DNA of 64,000 nucleotides from Octopus sinensis (GCF_006345805.1 NC_043009.1:48670001-48734000); one strand, 5' to 3'. Counted from the first letter of the stretch, positions 24,901 through 39,294 are shown. Notes: generated from the sequence alone by a model not told the origin. Numbers and translations: made by a program.

Positions 24901-25839
24901 CTCTATGTCTTCTTGTACATCACGTGTTTCTAAACAGATCTGACGTGCTGTTAACTGCATATTTAATATGGCGATGGCGATCGCTGGTGTGTTCTAGCTA
25001 TCGCAGGTAATGCAATACAGCGTCGCCATATTTAATGAGTCACATGACTTTACATGACCACAGCTTTCTATCAACAGGTGATCAGCTCTGTTGACTGCAA
25101 TGGTTCGGTTGATCACCACCTGTTACTCCTTTACATTATCCGAACCCCGCTTTATTTTTTTTACACTCGTTTTTATTTCGCTTTCTTTTTCTCTTTCCAA
25201 GAACATTCATTAGTGAAATAAGTGTAATAGCTCTGCCTTGATGAAGCATATCGTGAGATCACAATGAGAGCCTATCTCGCTGCTGCTAATGTCATTGTTC
25301 AGCGCTGCTTTTGCTTGTTTTTGTTGATGTTTTTGTTGTTGTTATTCCACCCTCCTGCTGTGTAGATTCGGCTAAATATGGAAATTACTAGAACTCATCA
25401 TCACAAAACAAGAGAAGACTACATTATCGTTATTTGACAGATTCGTAAACTACATTATCGTTATTTGATAGATTCGTTAGAAATTCTGACAAAATTTCTG
25501 TCGGCACTCTACGTTCCGAGTTCAAACCCTACCGTGGTCACCTTCGCCATTCTTCTCTCTGAATCAATAAAAAAAAAGTACCAAACAAGTACTGCGATCG
25601 ATGGTATCCACTACCACCTAATCCCTAAAATTACTGTGAGGCCTAGAAAGTATTATTATTATGTAGCAGCATTTTACCCGTCTTTACGTTCTGAGTTCAA
25701 ATTCTGCTGAGGTCGACTTTACATTTCATCATTTCAGGGTCGATAAAATAAGTACCAGTTGAGCACTGGGGCTGGTGTAATCGACTTACTCCCACCCCCG
25801 AAATTACTGGCCGTTTGCCAAAATTTGAAACCACTGTTA

Positions 25840-25853
25840 TAATAATAATAATA

Positions 25854-25893
<40 letters not shown>

Positions 25894-26006
25894 TATTATT
25901 ATTATTATTATTATTGATATTATTATTATTATTATTATTATTATCATCATCCTTATCATCATCATCATCCTTATCATCATCATCATCATCGTCATCATCA
26001 TCATCA

Positions 26007-26094
<88 letters not shown>

Positions 26095-26104
26095 CATCAT
26101 TATT
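25840..26104. repeat. (TTA)n/(TCA)n microsatellite flanking the family-D element
   Basis: Direct reading. Confidence 0.95.
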
Positions 26105-26662
26105 GACTGCGGGAGCAGTGCATGCCATGAAAGTCACACTAGGGTGAAATATACGAAGCCCAGATTACCCACCATGACTACCCGTCTGATAAGGGTACAC
26201 CAGGTACATGCATCACAACCACATGTTCGCGACATACTGATCTCACATCACGATAAACAGCACATGACCTTGTAGGTGGGGCCCCGTAAGAATTTTGTTC
26301 AGTTTGAGCGGCCCATCTTGCTCAAAGGGTCACTGAATAACGGTTTTCAAGAATGGTGAACGAAACACCCTATGTTTCCAGAGGTGAATTATCCAAACAC
26401 CAAAGAATTCCTCTCAACACACGGCTATGATACTCTCTCACTACTTCTGCTCATGATCAGAGAAGCACATATCTTCAGACACTAAGGGACATGCTCAACT
26501 GGTTAAGGTCAAACAACTGACAAATAAATCTGTGGTATTGAGCAGAATATTTGCTGTAGCCCATCTTTTATACCAAAACAAAACAATGTACATGACAACA
26601 CTTCCAATCAGTTAAGATCAGAAGCCACGAGAGCCACTGCCTGGTACTGCATCACGGCATTT
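26105..26662 (-). mobile_element. Family-D element, longer copy, embedded in (TAA)n
   Basis: Colinear with 12683-13156 plus ~90 bp more at the 5' end. (TTA)n continues 26663-26880. Confidence 0.82.
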
Positions 26663-26678
26663 ATTATTATTATTATCA

Positions 26679-26766
<88 letters not shown>

Positions 26767-26769
26767 CTT

Positions 26770-26804
<35 letters not shown>

Positions 26805-26813
26805 TAATTATCA

Positions 26814-26881
<68 letters not shown>

Positions 26882-27753
26882 GCACCGCATTGGCAAAAAT
26901 CATTCAAAGTATTGAAAAAAAAATCATTGTGGTACTTCTCGGTCTTGACATTTTATTTCTCATCAACACGAGACTAACTTTGCATTTCAACTGTTCTTGA
27001 TTGATAAATGAATGTATCATTCAAATGTTTGGGCCGATTTCTTTGGTGGACGTTCTCTGCCACATTGCTGGCTTTATATCTATTTCAAAAACAATTATTG
27101 CACTTCCATCCCTTAGTTTCTTGAGCTGAAACCAATAACAGCGACTCTATGTGATTCATTAAGCTGCTAGTAATGGTAGACAAATGGCTGCCTTGAATAT
27201 AACTGAAAGATATTTTGGATAAGATATTATTGGATACAATGTGAATGCAAAACAAAATGGAAGAATGACAGCCCGATTAAAACTAATCTCGGATTAAACA
27301 ATAGCAATGACCATCAAAATAATCTAAGAGAGGTATCTCTTCGGGTTTACTTAACCTGTTAGAAATAGCAATTAAATCCCCTGCAAAGAAAACCTTACTG
27401 CTTTCAAAATGTAAATAGTTTGTATAATGTATTAGAAGATACACTAAAATTGGGACCCCGCCATCCCACCCACCCCCAAAAAATGAGATTATCACAGCCA
27501 GAACGCTTCCAAACATGGTTCTGTTATATAAATTCTTAAATAACTCTAAAGATCAGATATGCTTTCCAATATACTCCAACAACTATATTATTGAGCTGAA
27601 CATCTTTAGTGTCATTCTCATCTTCGATATCCTGTACGGCTGTGTTATATGACGAGGTATCTCAACCTCGGCATATTTTGCATTCTGTGTCATGAAGTGA
27701 TGTTACACACACCACACACACACATGTATATCTATCTATCTATCTATCTATAT

Positions 27754-27796
<43 letters not shown>

Positions 27797-28374
27797 ATAT
27801 CTATATATATCCATACACACACACATATATGATAGAGTCTTACACAGTTTCCGTCAGACAAATTCATTCAGAGGGCGTTGGTCGGCGTGAGGCTACAGCG
27901 GAAGACACTTGAGCATGATGCCGCGGAGCGGAACTGAACCCGAACATACTAGGGTGCAAAACGATTTCTTAACTACAAAACCACACACACACACACACGC
28001 ACACACATATTCATGCAGACACTCACACAAGCACACACACGAACACAAGCACACACACAAACACATACACACACATATATATACATATAAAAGAGGTTTT
28101 CTTTTTTTCGTAAAATGTTCAATGATATCTTACACGCATTTCATTAACAGAGAATAATCAGTCACCAGAGAACGTAAATAGTAATACCCAGTGTAATACT
28201 GATAATCATGGTTTGGTGATGAAAAGCGTATAACGACGTTGAAAATTAATATTCTGTCAAAGACTGTTTAATCTGTTTAGTGTTCCAAATTGTATTCTGT
28301 GACACCTCAACTAAACGATACGCGGAAATATGTGTCCTCACTGAGATAAAGGAAGAGACATGGAGTTTTAAATA

Positions 28375-28867
28375 CCATAAATCCTCGAGTATAGTCCGTC
28401 CTTGAGTATAATACGCAGGGGATTTTTAGGCGGGGTTGTACCTCTGAAAAACCTAAACCTTGTGTATAACACGCACCCCTTCTCTAACTTGAATCGTGCG
28501 TAATTAAGCCAGCAGCACCTAGTCGAACAAACACTTCCGCGCATGCGTAATACAATAATGATATTCTTAATTGTTATATGGGAATGTAAATATGTTTGCA
28601 AATTGTTTTTCTTACATGTTATTCTGTGTTCTGAATACTTTTATTTTAATAAATGTCGCTTACTGCAAGTTATAGATGTTTCTTCATTGCCTTCAGACTT
28701 AGCTTAAGGTATTTTTGCGCCCGACATCACGAAATGCGTCTGAATAAATATTGCCGGACATTGCTTAGAAAATATTTTTCATTTTTAACCTCGTATATAG
28801 TACGCACTAGGGATTTTGACCTTTAACTTTTGGGGGAAAAGTGCGGATTATACTCGAAGATTTACGG
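28375..28867. mobile_element. pogo/Tigger-like MITE (~493 bp)
   Basis: TIRs CCATAAATCCTCGAGTATAGTCCG and CGGATTATACTCGAAGATTTACGG (3 mismatches in 24); TA on both sides (28373-74, 28868-69). Confidence 0.85.
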
Positions 28868-29489
28868 TACTGATTACTTGTAGCGCAATTTAAGTTCTTG
28901 TATCACACTACATACATACAGGTATCCCCATTACAAGTTTAGGCTTATGTCTGTAATTATTGGGGCACTGGGATATGTAAAACATTGTCTAAACACCAAG
29001 TTTTCTCTTGCTATAAATACATCCAAAGCAATACTATTTCATGGACCCATAAAAATACCACTAGGGATCCCCAATCAGCCTTTTATTTTGTTTTATGGTC
29101 CCTGAAAAAACTTATGCGAACTCCCAGCGGGTATATGAACCCTTGTTGAGAACCAGTGGTAAAGGCTATATGTTATGTGTACTTTGTAACATGTTATGGG
29201 TTTGTAAACATATTTTTAATGGCTTGCAACTTCATAGGATATAAGTTATGTTAAATGTTCGCGTTATAATGCCGAGAATTAGCTATTTAAGAGCCTGTGT
29301 TGCATTATTTTATTAGGTACTGATTGTGTGAAGTACAAACTGTATTCATTTGTTGAGTAATTATATTGCAAAATATATTTTATTTTGAGAGTTTATTATT
29401 GAGTTGTGATTGTGTAAAAGCTGAGTTGTGTTATATTATTGAGTGGCGACTATATCTATTTGTCCTGTCATATTGGGTAAGATTTTTAA

Positions 29490-30100
29490 ATCATAATCAA
29501 TGTCTGTTCATCCTAAAACCAATTTTAAAGGAATCGTGCAGCCAACAAACTATTGTAGTGATAAATTCTCTCTTCAGGAGAGTTTTCTTTTCATTTCAAT
29601 CTTTCTCAGTAACTCCCCTGATGGTATAATTTCACACATCCAGTTCACACAGCCATGTTTTTATTTTGCGTTTAGTAAAGTCAGTGACGTTGTTTAACTA
29701 TCCAAATAATTTTATACATTCCATCATTCACGAATCGGGAATCGAATTATAAGTTCCCTTCTAATCTGCCCAGGCTATTTCCAAGTCCCTACGTCTGCTG
29801 TTCCAATCTTTCAATATCTTTGTGTCTATTAGAAACTGTTCTTTAGTCCCTCTGCTGATCCTAGACAGCCAAAAATGCATCGTAGGATGAGAAGAAAGAC
29901 CAAAGTTTTGCTTCTTCTAGCAGACAAGTTGTCCCTCTGACAATAGCGTTTCTGCTTCAAAACAATATATACATATCATTTGCAATAATTACAGTTAAAA
30001 GTTTCCACATCAAAGGAAGGCAAAACATTACGTGAAAATTGTCTTTTAACACCACAATAATTCTTCACATATAATCCATGCAAGCAATCTAGTCTCAATG
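29490..30100 (-). pseudogene. Degenerate reverse transcriptase of an R4/Dong-clade LINE
   Basis: On -: CLPLMWKLLTVIIANDMY; SRGTKEQFLIDTKILKDWNSRRRDLEIAWAD*KGTYNSIPDS; IEMKRKLS*RENLS..FVGCTIPL. These match the R4/Dong RT signatures CLPLMWKLLTG, GTKDQLLID, AWIDYKKAYDSVPHS and RGIFQGDSLSP. Confidence 0.8.
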
Positions 30101-30286
30101 CTAATAATCTTATTCAGTTCCACGAATATCCTCTCCGTTTACTGCATTGCAGTAAACTATGGACAATTGTGTTGAACTGTTGCGTAATCGTATAAAGTAA
30201 GTTGTGAATTGCTGTTTTTTTTTCTGACATAATAGTGTAATATTATAAGTATTACACCGTGTAGAGTCGTGTAGTATCATGTGATA

Positions 30287-30481
30287 TAAGAGGAGGTGCT
30301 GAAAAGTTCCTGGCTTTGGGTAAAAGAAAATACAGGACGCTTAGTTATGATATCATTCAACATATTCTCCTCTCAGATTCGCGGTTTTTCTAAGCGCTGT
30401 AAAAGAACTCGGAAAGTTGGGCCTCCAACCAGTCCTTTTGCGACACCCATGAAACAAGGAACTTTTTAGCACTCCTACGTA
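30287..30481. mobile_element. Short mariner-type MITE
   Basis: Imperfect TIRs GAGGAGGTGCTGAAAAGTTCCT and AGGAACTTTTTAGCACTCCTACGTA. Confidence 0.6.
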
Positions 30482-31019
30482 CTGTAATGTAGTATAATGG
30501 TTTCAAGTATTGGCCCAAGGTTAGCAATTTTAGAAGCAATGGGGCTAGTCGGTTATCGATCCCATTGCCTAAATGGTAATGCTTTTTTTATCGACTCAGA
30601 AAGGATGAAAGACAAACTCAACATCAGCAATATTTCCTATGAAACTGTAAAACGGAAGTAAGACCGCTAAGCAGTTACTCCGATGTGTTAACGGTGCTGC
30701 CAGCTTGCCGCCATATTGAAAAATAATAAAATGCAATGTGATAGAGTTCTGTGAGATGTAGTGTATCGTAGCGCTGTGTTGCTGTGCTACAGGCCGTGTT
30801 ATCATGTAGCGTAATGTAATGTAGCTTCGTCTCTCTGTGTTTTACTTGCTTTAATCACTGGAGTGCAGCCATGCTGGGGCAAAGCCTCGTAGGGTTTTAG
30901 CGGAACAAATCGATCCCAGTATTATGATTTTTTTTTATGCAAGGTATTTATTTTATCGGTCTCTTTCACTGAACCACTTCTTTACGATGACGTAAACAAA
31001 CTAACACTGGTTGTAAAGG

Positions 31020-31053
<34 letters not shown>

Positions 31054-31427
31054 AAAAAATGGAGTTTGAAAATGCTGCTATATTAGACAAATTTTTAATT
31101 TTTATATATACATTATTTATTTAACATGTTTCGGTTCTTGAAATGACGAACCTTATCAAAAAAAATTATATATAAAAAAGATAGTTCATGCTATCAAATA
31201 TAAAAAATTCATATATAATAAAAAATTCATATATAGTGAAGCGAGTCCATGCTATATGTTTAAAGAGTATGATGTAGTAGTTCATAGTGGTGATATGCAT
31301 TCAATATAAAAAATTCATGTTCTTGAAAAAGCGAGGAATTCATTTTAGGTTTTACCTTGTGTTCCAATGCGAGCAACTGTGATGACTTTTGGTTATATAC
31401 CCATTACTCTTCTATTATTTTCAAAAT

Positions 31428-32018
31428 TTACTCTTTTATTTGCTTCAGTTATTTGATTGCGGCCATGCTGGATCACCGCTTTTAGTCGAATAAATCGACC
31501 CCAAGATTTATTCTTTGTAAGTTTGTAAGCCTAGTACTTATTCTATCGCTCTCTTTTGCCGAACCACAAAGTTACGGGGTTGTAAATACATCAACATCAG
31601 TTGTCAAGCGATAGTGGGGACACACAAGCACACGCACACATACACACACACACACACACACACTCACACACACATATGTATGCGACAGGCTTCTATTAGT
31701 TTCCTATTTCTTTACTGCCCACAGGGGCTACACACAGAGGAGACAAGCAAGGACAGACAAACGGATTAAGTCGATTATATCGACACCAATGCGTAACTGG
31801 TACTTATTTAAACGACCCCGAAAGGATGAAAGGCAAAGTCGACCTCGGCGGAATTTGAACTCAGCACGCTTCTATTAGTTTCCTTCTACCAAATCCACTC
31901 ACAAGTGTTTAATCGAGCCGAGACTATAGTAGAAAACACTTACCCAAGGTGCAGTGGGACTGAACCCGGAGCCATGTGGTTGGTAAACAAACTACTCACT
32001 ACACAGTCACTCCTGCAC
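31428..32018 (-). mobile_element. Family-B SINE interrupted by a family-A SINE
   Basis: Tail 31428-31625, (CA)n linker, head 31680-32018 split by the insertion at 31705-31867. Confidence 0.85.
31705..31867 (-). mobile_element. 5'-truncated family-A SINE with 16-bp TSD
   Basis: TSD GCTTCTATTAGTTTCC at 31689-31704 and 31868-31883. 3' end AAAGAAATA on -. Confidence 0.92.
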
Positions 32019-32867
32019 CTATATGTATATACTATTCTCTTTTACTCTTTTATTTGTTTCAGTCATTTGACTGCAGGTATGCTGGAACACCGCCTTTAGA
32101 AGAGCAAATCGACCCCAGGACTTATTCTTCGCTAAGTTACACATATATGTGCGTCTGTGTGTATGTGTATATTTGTGTATATATATCCCCGAGAACTACG
32201 GTAAGGGTACACGTGTCTGTGGAGTGCTCAGCCACTTACACGTTAATTTCACGAGCAGGCTGTTCCGTTGATTCGGATCAAACGGAACCCTCATCGTCGT
32301 AACCGACGGAGTGCTTCCTTCCTCCTAGTAATGCGTAGTGTACTATAGAGCTCTGTAGTATACTATAGTAATGCAAATTAGTCTATGGTGGTATGTACTA
32401 AACTGTGACAGTAAGTAATACACTGGTAAGTAGCAGAACAAAATGTAGAACACCTGTGGCCCGAGGAAAATTCTGAACGGTACGACTAACGAACCTGATG
32501 ATAAGCCAGTCTGATGCATTCCACTTCAAAAGTGGTACTACTGCTTGGAGTATACTATAATATTTTATAGAAAACTATAGTACTGTGTAAATATTCTATC
32601 CCGCTGTGTAGTATCCTAATGGTTATGTATAATATATTGCAAAACCCTGTAATATCGTTGTGCGGGATTGTGATTCAAATATATTCACACATCTCGAAGA
32701 TATTAATTCATATTACAACACACACATATAAATAAATAATAAATATATATATATATATACACACATACAAATGCATACATACATATATGTGTATATATAT
32801 ATATATAGATATATATATATATATATTATATATATATTATATATATATATGTATATATATATATATA

Positions 32868-33018
<151 letters not shown>

Positions 33019-33289
33019 ATATATAATTCTTGCCTATTGTAGTTCTTGCCTTTGGTTGGAATTCCCTCCATCGAACCAACACCTCTTGGAAGTTGAAGCA
33101 ATGACAGATATCTAATGCCGCAACACTCCGCCCTGCCCTGCCCCCACCTTGCCCCACCCCGCCCCGACGCCACTGCGCCAATATTACTTATTCTGTTACC
33201 ATAGAGAAGCAAATGACAAGAACGAAGAACAAAGCAGCTCAACTATAACATTGTTTTGAATTCTTTTTCTCAAATAAATGGTAAACATA

Positions 33290-33860
33290 TGAACGGTGGG
33301 GGGCAAGAAAATGGTAATGGTAGCGATGGTGGTGGTGGTGGTGGTGGTTATTGTGGTTTTGGTAGTTGCGAAGGTAGTGGTCGTGGTGATTGTTGTGGTT
33401 ATTGTGGTGGTGTTGGTGGTGGCGATGGTGGTGGCGATGGTTGTGGTGATGATGCTGGTGGAGGTGGTGGTGGTTGTGGTGATTGTTGTGGTTATTGTGG
33501 TGGTGCTGGTGGTGGCGATGGTGGTGGTAGTGGTGGTGATTATGCTGGTGGTAGTTGAGGTGGAGGTGGTGGTGGTGTTTGTGGTAGTGATGATGGTGAT
33601 GGTAGTAGTGATGTTTCGTAGTGGTGCCGGTGGTAATGGTAGTGGTGGTAGTGGTGGTGGTGATGGTGTGCGTGAGGGGGTTAATCTTCGTGATGGTGGA
33701 GGTGCGAGTGATGGCGATAGTGGTGGTGGTGGTGGTGATAGTGATGACGGTAGTGGTTGGTGAGATGGTGGTGATGACAGTGAGGATGGTGTTGCTGCTG
33801 CAATTTGTAGCCATTTGGTAATGTTGTTGCTGTTGTTGTTGTTGATGGTGGTGGTGGTTG
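33290..33860. repeat. (TGG/TGA/TGT)-rich low-complexity tract with internal ~93-bp duplication
   Basis: GTGGTGATTGTTGTGGTTATTGTGGTGGTG(T/C)TGGTGGTGGCGATGG at ~33383 and ~33476. Confidence 0.85.
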
Positions 33861-34190
33861 AGAGCTGGTGATATTCTGGTTAATGGTGGTGGGGGCGATA
33901 AGAGTGATGGGATACTTTAGGGTTATTTTCAAATATTTCAAAATGAAACTTTTTTTCTTATTATTTTTCAACTACATTAAAACATTCACCACGCATACAC
34001 AAACATACACACACACACATACACATACACGCGCACAAACAAATGAATGTGTTTGTGTGCATGTGTGTGTCTGTCTACGTGTGTATTTATGTGTGTGTGT
34101 GTGTGTCTGTGTGTTTGTGTGTTATAAAGTAGCAGAGATATATTTGTAAATATAAATACTCACGCACGCAAATATACATATAATACTAAA

Positions 34191-34355
<165 letters not shown>

Positions 34356-34407
34356 GTACATATATATATGTATATATGTATATATATATATATATATGTA
34401 TATATAG

Positions 34408-34472
<65 letters not shown>

Positions 34473-35534
34473 TTATATATATATATATGTTATATATGTA
34501 TGTATGTATTCATACTCGCATGCATATATGTACATATATTTAGAGAGAGGGGGAGTTTAACAGATAGATAGATAGATGGATATATATATTCATACATATG
34601 TTGTATATTCACACACCTATATAGACATAGGCGCAAATATGCATAGACACGAATGCATGCGCATGCGTGTATTTGCTCAGCGCTTGAGCGTGTTGACTCT
34701 CTGTACTGTGGATATCCCCATACGAATACACATGTGTGTATATAAACGCACTTAGTGTATATAATGACTGACTTCAACCTCTTTGCACACACTTATATAT
34801 CTGTATATATGAGTGTGTATGCGTGCGTGCATGTATGTATGTGTTTGTGCTCGCTTATGTATGTATGTATCTCTTTATATATATGTATATATGTATGTGT
34901 GTGTGTGTATTACTGTTTGTATGTATTACTATATATGTATATGTGTATATATACATATGTGTGTATGTATATAAATTATATATATTTATGTACATTTATA
35001 TATGTACACACACATACATATATATACACATATATATATTCTCATATATATATGTACATATATATATAGATATGTCTGTATATATATATATATGTTTATA
35101 TACATACATACATGCATATATACATACATACATTTATACATACATACATACATACATACATACACACACACATACATACATACATACATGCCACAACCTT
35201 TCCCTCTAGCAGTCGGCCTGACTACCTGCGATTTCGTTTGTCTTGTTTCCCTATTGATCTGCATGTATGTTTATCTATTTGGTGATTTATCGATCTGTCT
35301 GTGCCCCGTGTTTTCATCCGTCCATATCCCCATCTACAGTCGGTTCTTTATCTCATTCTCTACATTATGCATGTACGTATGTATGTATCTATCTATCTAT
35401 CTATCAGTCTTTCTGTATATCCATCTAACTATCTATCTATCTACCTCTATCTCTCACCATCTATCTATCTCTATCTCTCTCCATCTATCAATCTATCTAT
35501 ATATATGTATGAATGCATATATGTATATATGTAT

Positions 35535-35628
35535 GTAAGCCTAGTACTTATTCTATTAACGAATCGTAAACATACCAGCATCGGTTGTCAAGCAATATTG
35601 GGGGTGTTGGGACAAACACAGACACAAC

Positions 35629-35669
<41 letters not shown>

Positions 35670-35875
35670 GCACACACACACAACACACACACACACACAC
35701 ACACACATGTATACGACGGGCTTTTCTCAGTTTCCGTCCACTAAAGACTCTCAAAAGCTTTATTCGACCTGAGGCTATAGTAGAAGACACTTGCGCAAGG
35801 TGCCACGCAACGGGACCGAACCCAGAACCATGTGGTTGGTAAGCAAGCTACTTATCCCACTGCCACTCCTGCGCC
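35535..35875 (-). mobile_element. Family-B SINE with (CA)n linker
   Basis: Tail and head motifs as in the copy at 20459. Confidence 0.85.
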
Positions 35876-36740
35876 TAACACACACCACACACACACACAC
35901 CACACACACACACACATATATATATCTGTTTGCTTATATCCATTTATCTATATATCATTATCTGTCTCTCCATTCAAATATACGTACGTGTGCACGCCTA
36001 TTTGTGTATAAATGTATGTAAGTGTGAGGATGTGTGTGTGTGTGCGTTTGCCTATGCATGCGTCTGTTTGCGTGCGCAAGTGTTCCTATACATAACCATA
36101 TACTATAAATGCACGAAATTATGTATACACATAAGTATAGACGAACGCACGTATGTATATGTCGTAAGCCGTGTACATATACCCATCAGGAATTTTGTTG
36201 TTTTAAAATCTTCTATAGATTCCCAATAATTGGATATTCGGTGACATCAAATACTGATTGGATTCTGGGGGTAGAAGGATTCTGTTTTGACTCGTGCTTA
36301 CATAATTTAGGCGGCGGATAATAAAACAATACGAAATAGATATGTTGATACGGGTATATGCATGTGTACATCAATGTATGTGCCTGAAATTTAGATATTA
36401 GCGATACATATGTATGTATGTATCTATAAATACACACACACACACGCACACACACATATATATATTTATGTATATGTCTATATATGTGTGTCTGTATACA
36501 TATATAGCTTCATGTGTGTGTCTGAATGTATATACGTGTGTGTATGTGTGTGTGTGTTGTGTATGTGCGTGTGTGTGTGTGTATGTAGAATATATATACA
36601 TGTATATTTCTATATTATATATATATATACATACATACGCATATTTCTACATGCGCTTAGATGCAAATTTAAAACATACATATATAATCAAAGATACATA
36701 TAGATATTACTATATAGATATATACATACATACAGACGAG

Positions 36741-36775
<35 letters not shown>

Positions 36776-37698
36776 ATATATATATATGTGCGTGTGTGTG
36801 TTTATATTCACACCTACACACACACACATACACATATACACATATGTATATATTGATATGGAAATATACTTCTTATATGTATATACGTATATATCTTTCT
36901 ATGTATGTATCTATATATTTATACACGCACATACATACATACACACACACAAACATATATATACATATATATACATATATACATATATACACATATATAC
37001 ATATATACATATATACACATATATATATATATATATTTATATGTATATATGTATATATGTGTATATATGTATATATGTATATATGTGTATATTGGTGTTT
37101 ATGTGTATATCTGTGTTTTGCTGTTTCTGCCTTTAGTATATATGTGTGCTTTTTCTTCATAGTTACAAGTGTTCTTTAAATAAATTTGGTTATTCCTGTT
37201 TCAATATGAACATCAAAGATAACGAAGTAATAAAAGTTATTTTATTTCAGAAATTATTGAGTATAAACCTATGTTCTTGTCTCCTTACTAACATAACTGT
37301 TTTCTCGCGGCTTTCATGGAAGTCTCTAAAAGCAATTCTACAAATAGAAATTGAAAAAAAAAAAAAAAAAAAGAGCGTTGCTTGTTGGACCGGGTGGCTG
37401 TGAGCTTTTGTCGGTTATTTGATGTAGTTTTAAACATTCATTCACATAGAAACAAGTTTCGAATCTGCATCGCAGCCGTTGCTGTTTAAATTGTTTTGGT
37501 GATTAGATTTCGACCATGATGGAAGGAGGTGCCATCATGAATGATTTAGTCGCTCGAATTCGACGATGGTACTTATATGTAATACTTATGTTATTGGGTC
37601 TTTTTATCAGAACCGTTAAGTCCCTTGAGACGAACAAGCCAACACCAGTTGTCAAGCAGGGTTTGCGTAACAGACACAAACACACACACACACAATAA

Positions 37699-37929
37699 GG
37701 TGGCGAGCTGGCAGAAACGCTACCACGCCGGGCGAAATACGTAGCCGTATTTCGTCTGCCGTTACGCTCTGAGTTCAAATTCCGCCGAGATCGACTTTGC
37801 CTTTCATCCTTTTAGGGTCGATAAATTAAGTACCAGTTACGCACTGGAGTCGATGTAATCGACTTAATCCCTTTGTCTGTCCTTGTTTGTACCCTCTATG
37901 TTTAACCTCTTGTGGGCAGTAAAGAAATA
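37699..37929 (+). mobile_element. Family-A SINE, full length
   Basis: GGTGGCGAGCTGGCAGAAACG..GAGTTCAAATTCC..AAAGAAATA. Confidence 0.9.
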
Positions 37930-39294
37930 ACAAACACACACACACGCATACGCACGTTCATACACAAGCCCCCACACACACACACACACACACACGTACA
38001 TGAAATTGAATCAGTTGAGTAAATGCCTGTCCGTTCAGGAAACATTCAATCTAATGCGTTGCGTAATTCTGAGGACATTGATTAAAATGAGTTGTAATAA
38101 TTATTATAATCTGTTAACTAAAACCCATCTCGTTCTTCTTTGCTTTTAGCCTCTGGGTTTCTTAACATAACTACCAGGTGTGTGCCGGAGACAATGTTAA
38201 ATGACTATAACGCACACAGCAACTATTTAAGACATCGTACTCGTGCCAAAGTTCAAACACCTTCAAAGCAGTGGAATATCGGAGATGGTAGAAATCTCGG
38301 CAACATTGTCACAAGAGGAAATTGGAAGATAAAAGTAACAATAAACATTAGTTAAGAAGACCAACTATCTGCGTCGAAGACATAAACGGTTAGCACAGTG
38401 TAATTATTGGCAGTAGTCGTGTTGCGTTATTCCCAAGTCGGGATACGCAGAGATTGTGAGTTCGAGTCACCAACGGAGTGGAGCATTTTCTACAGGCACA
38501 GACCTGTCTCTGGGTTTAAGAAGCTGTTTGGGGTTTAGTCCCACTGCAAAGCATTATAAGAAAGTATCTGTTACTGTAACCCCGGGCCGATCAATGCCTT
38601 GTGAGGAAATTTGTTAGACGGAAACGGAGTGGAAAATCGCCGCCTAGCAACAGATATCACTACTTGTCAGTATGGATTCGCCTCTCCAGTCCTAGTAGCA
38701 ATACTACCGATTAGCCGAGATTCATATGTTCTCAGTCATAATTTCTGACATAGTCACAAAGCCACATAATGTGGTGGGAGGAATTTAGTTGATATTATCA
38801 GCTTCAGTATGGTAGCTTATCTTGGCCTCCAAAGAAGAAATACCATTAAGCATTTTGTAAGGCGTATGCTAACGATCCTGCCGGCTCTCCGCCTTCAACA
38901 ACACACAACAAGAACAACAATAAACATAACAGCAATAATCCTTTCTACCATAAGAATAAGGTCTAAATTTTTGGGGGTGTTGGCTAGTCTATTTTATTGA
39001 ACCCAGTGCTTGAATAGGCATCAGTAAGTAAGACACTTCTCCAGATATTACTCCTTCCACAACGTTAAACAGCTCAATATTTTAGGGGTGACAACACCAT
39101 ATATGCTGTCCCTAACATCGTGACCACTACGAGTAACTTAAGGAATCACTTATGGTTGTCTGATATGCTAGAAATAACACACAACCCTCCTTCACACGTT
39201 ATGGTGTCGTTTAAAAAAGGGAAGGACACGTTGGATGGTTGATGTAGTCTCATCGTTTTGACAAGTCTGCTCCAGGAAGATGGCCTAGGGTCTA

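Noticed and set aside
33239-33821. His-, Gly- or Val-rich ORFs (also 4122-4866, 55409-57413 and the YI/VC/HT-repeat ORFs)
   Set aside because: These are translations of simple repeats, open in several frames on both strands, with no splice or codon evidence.
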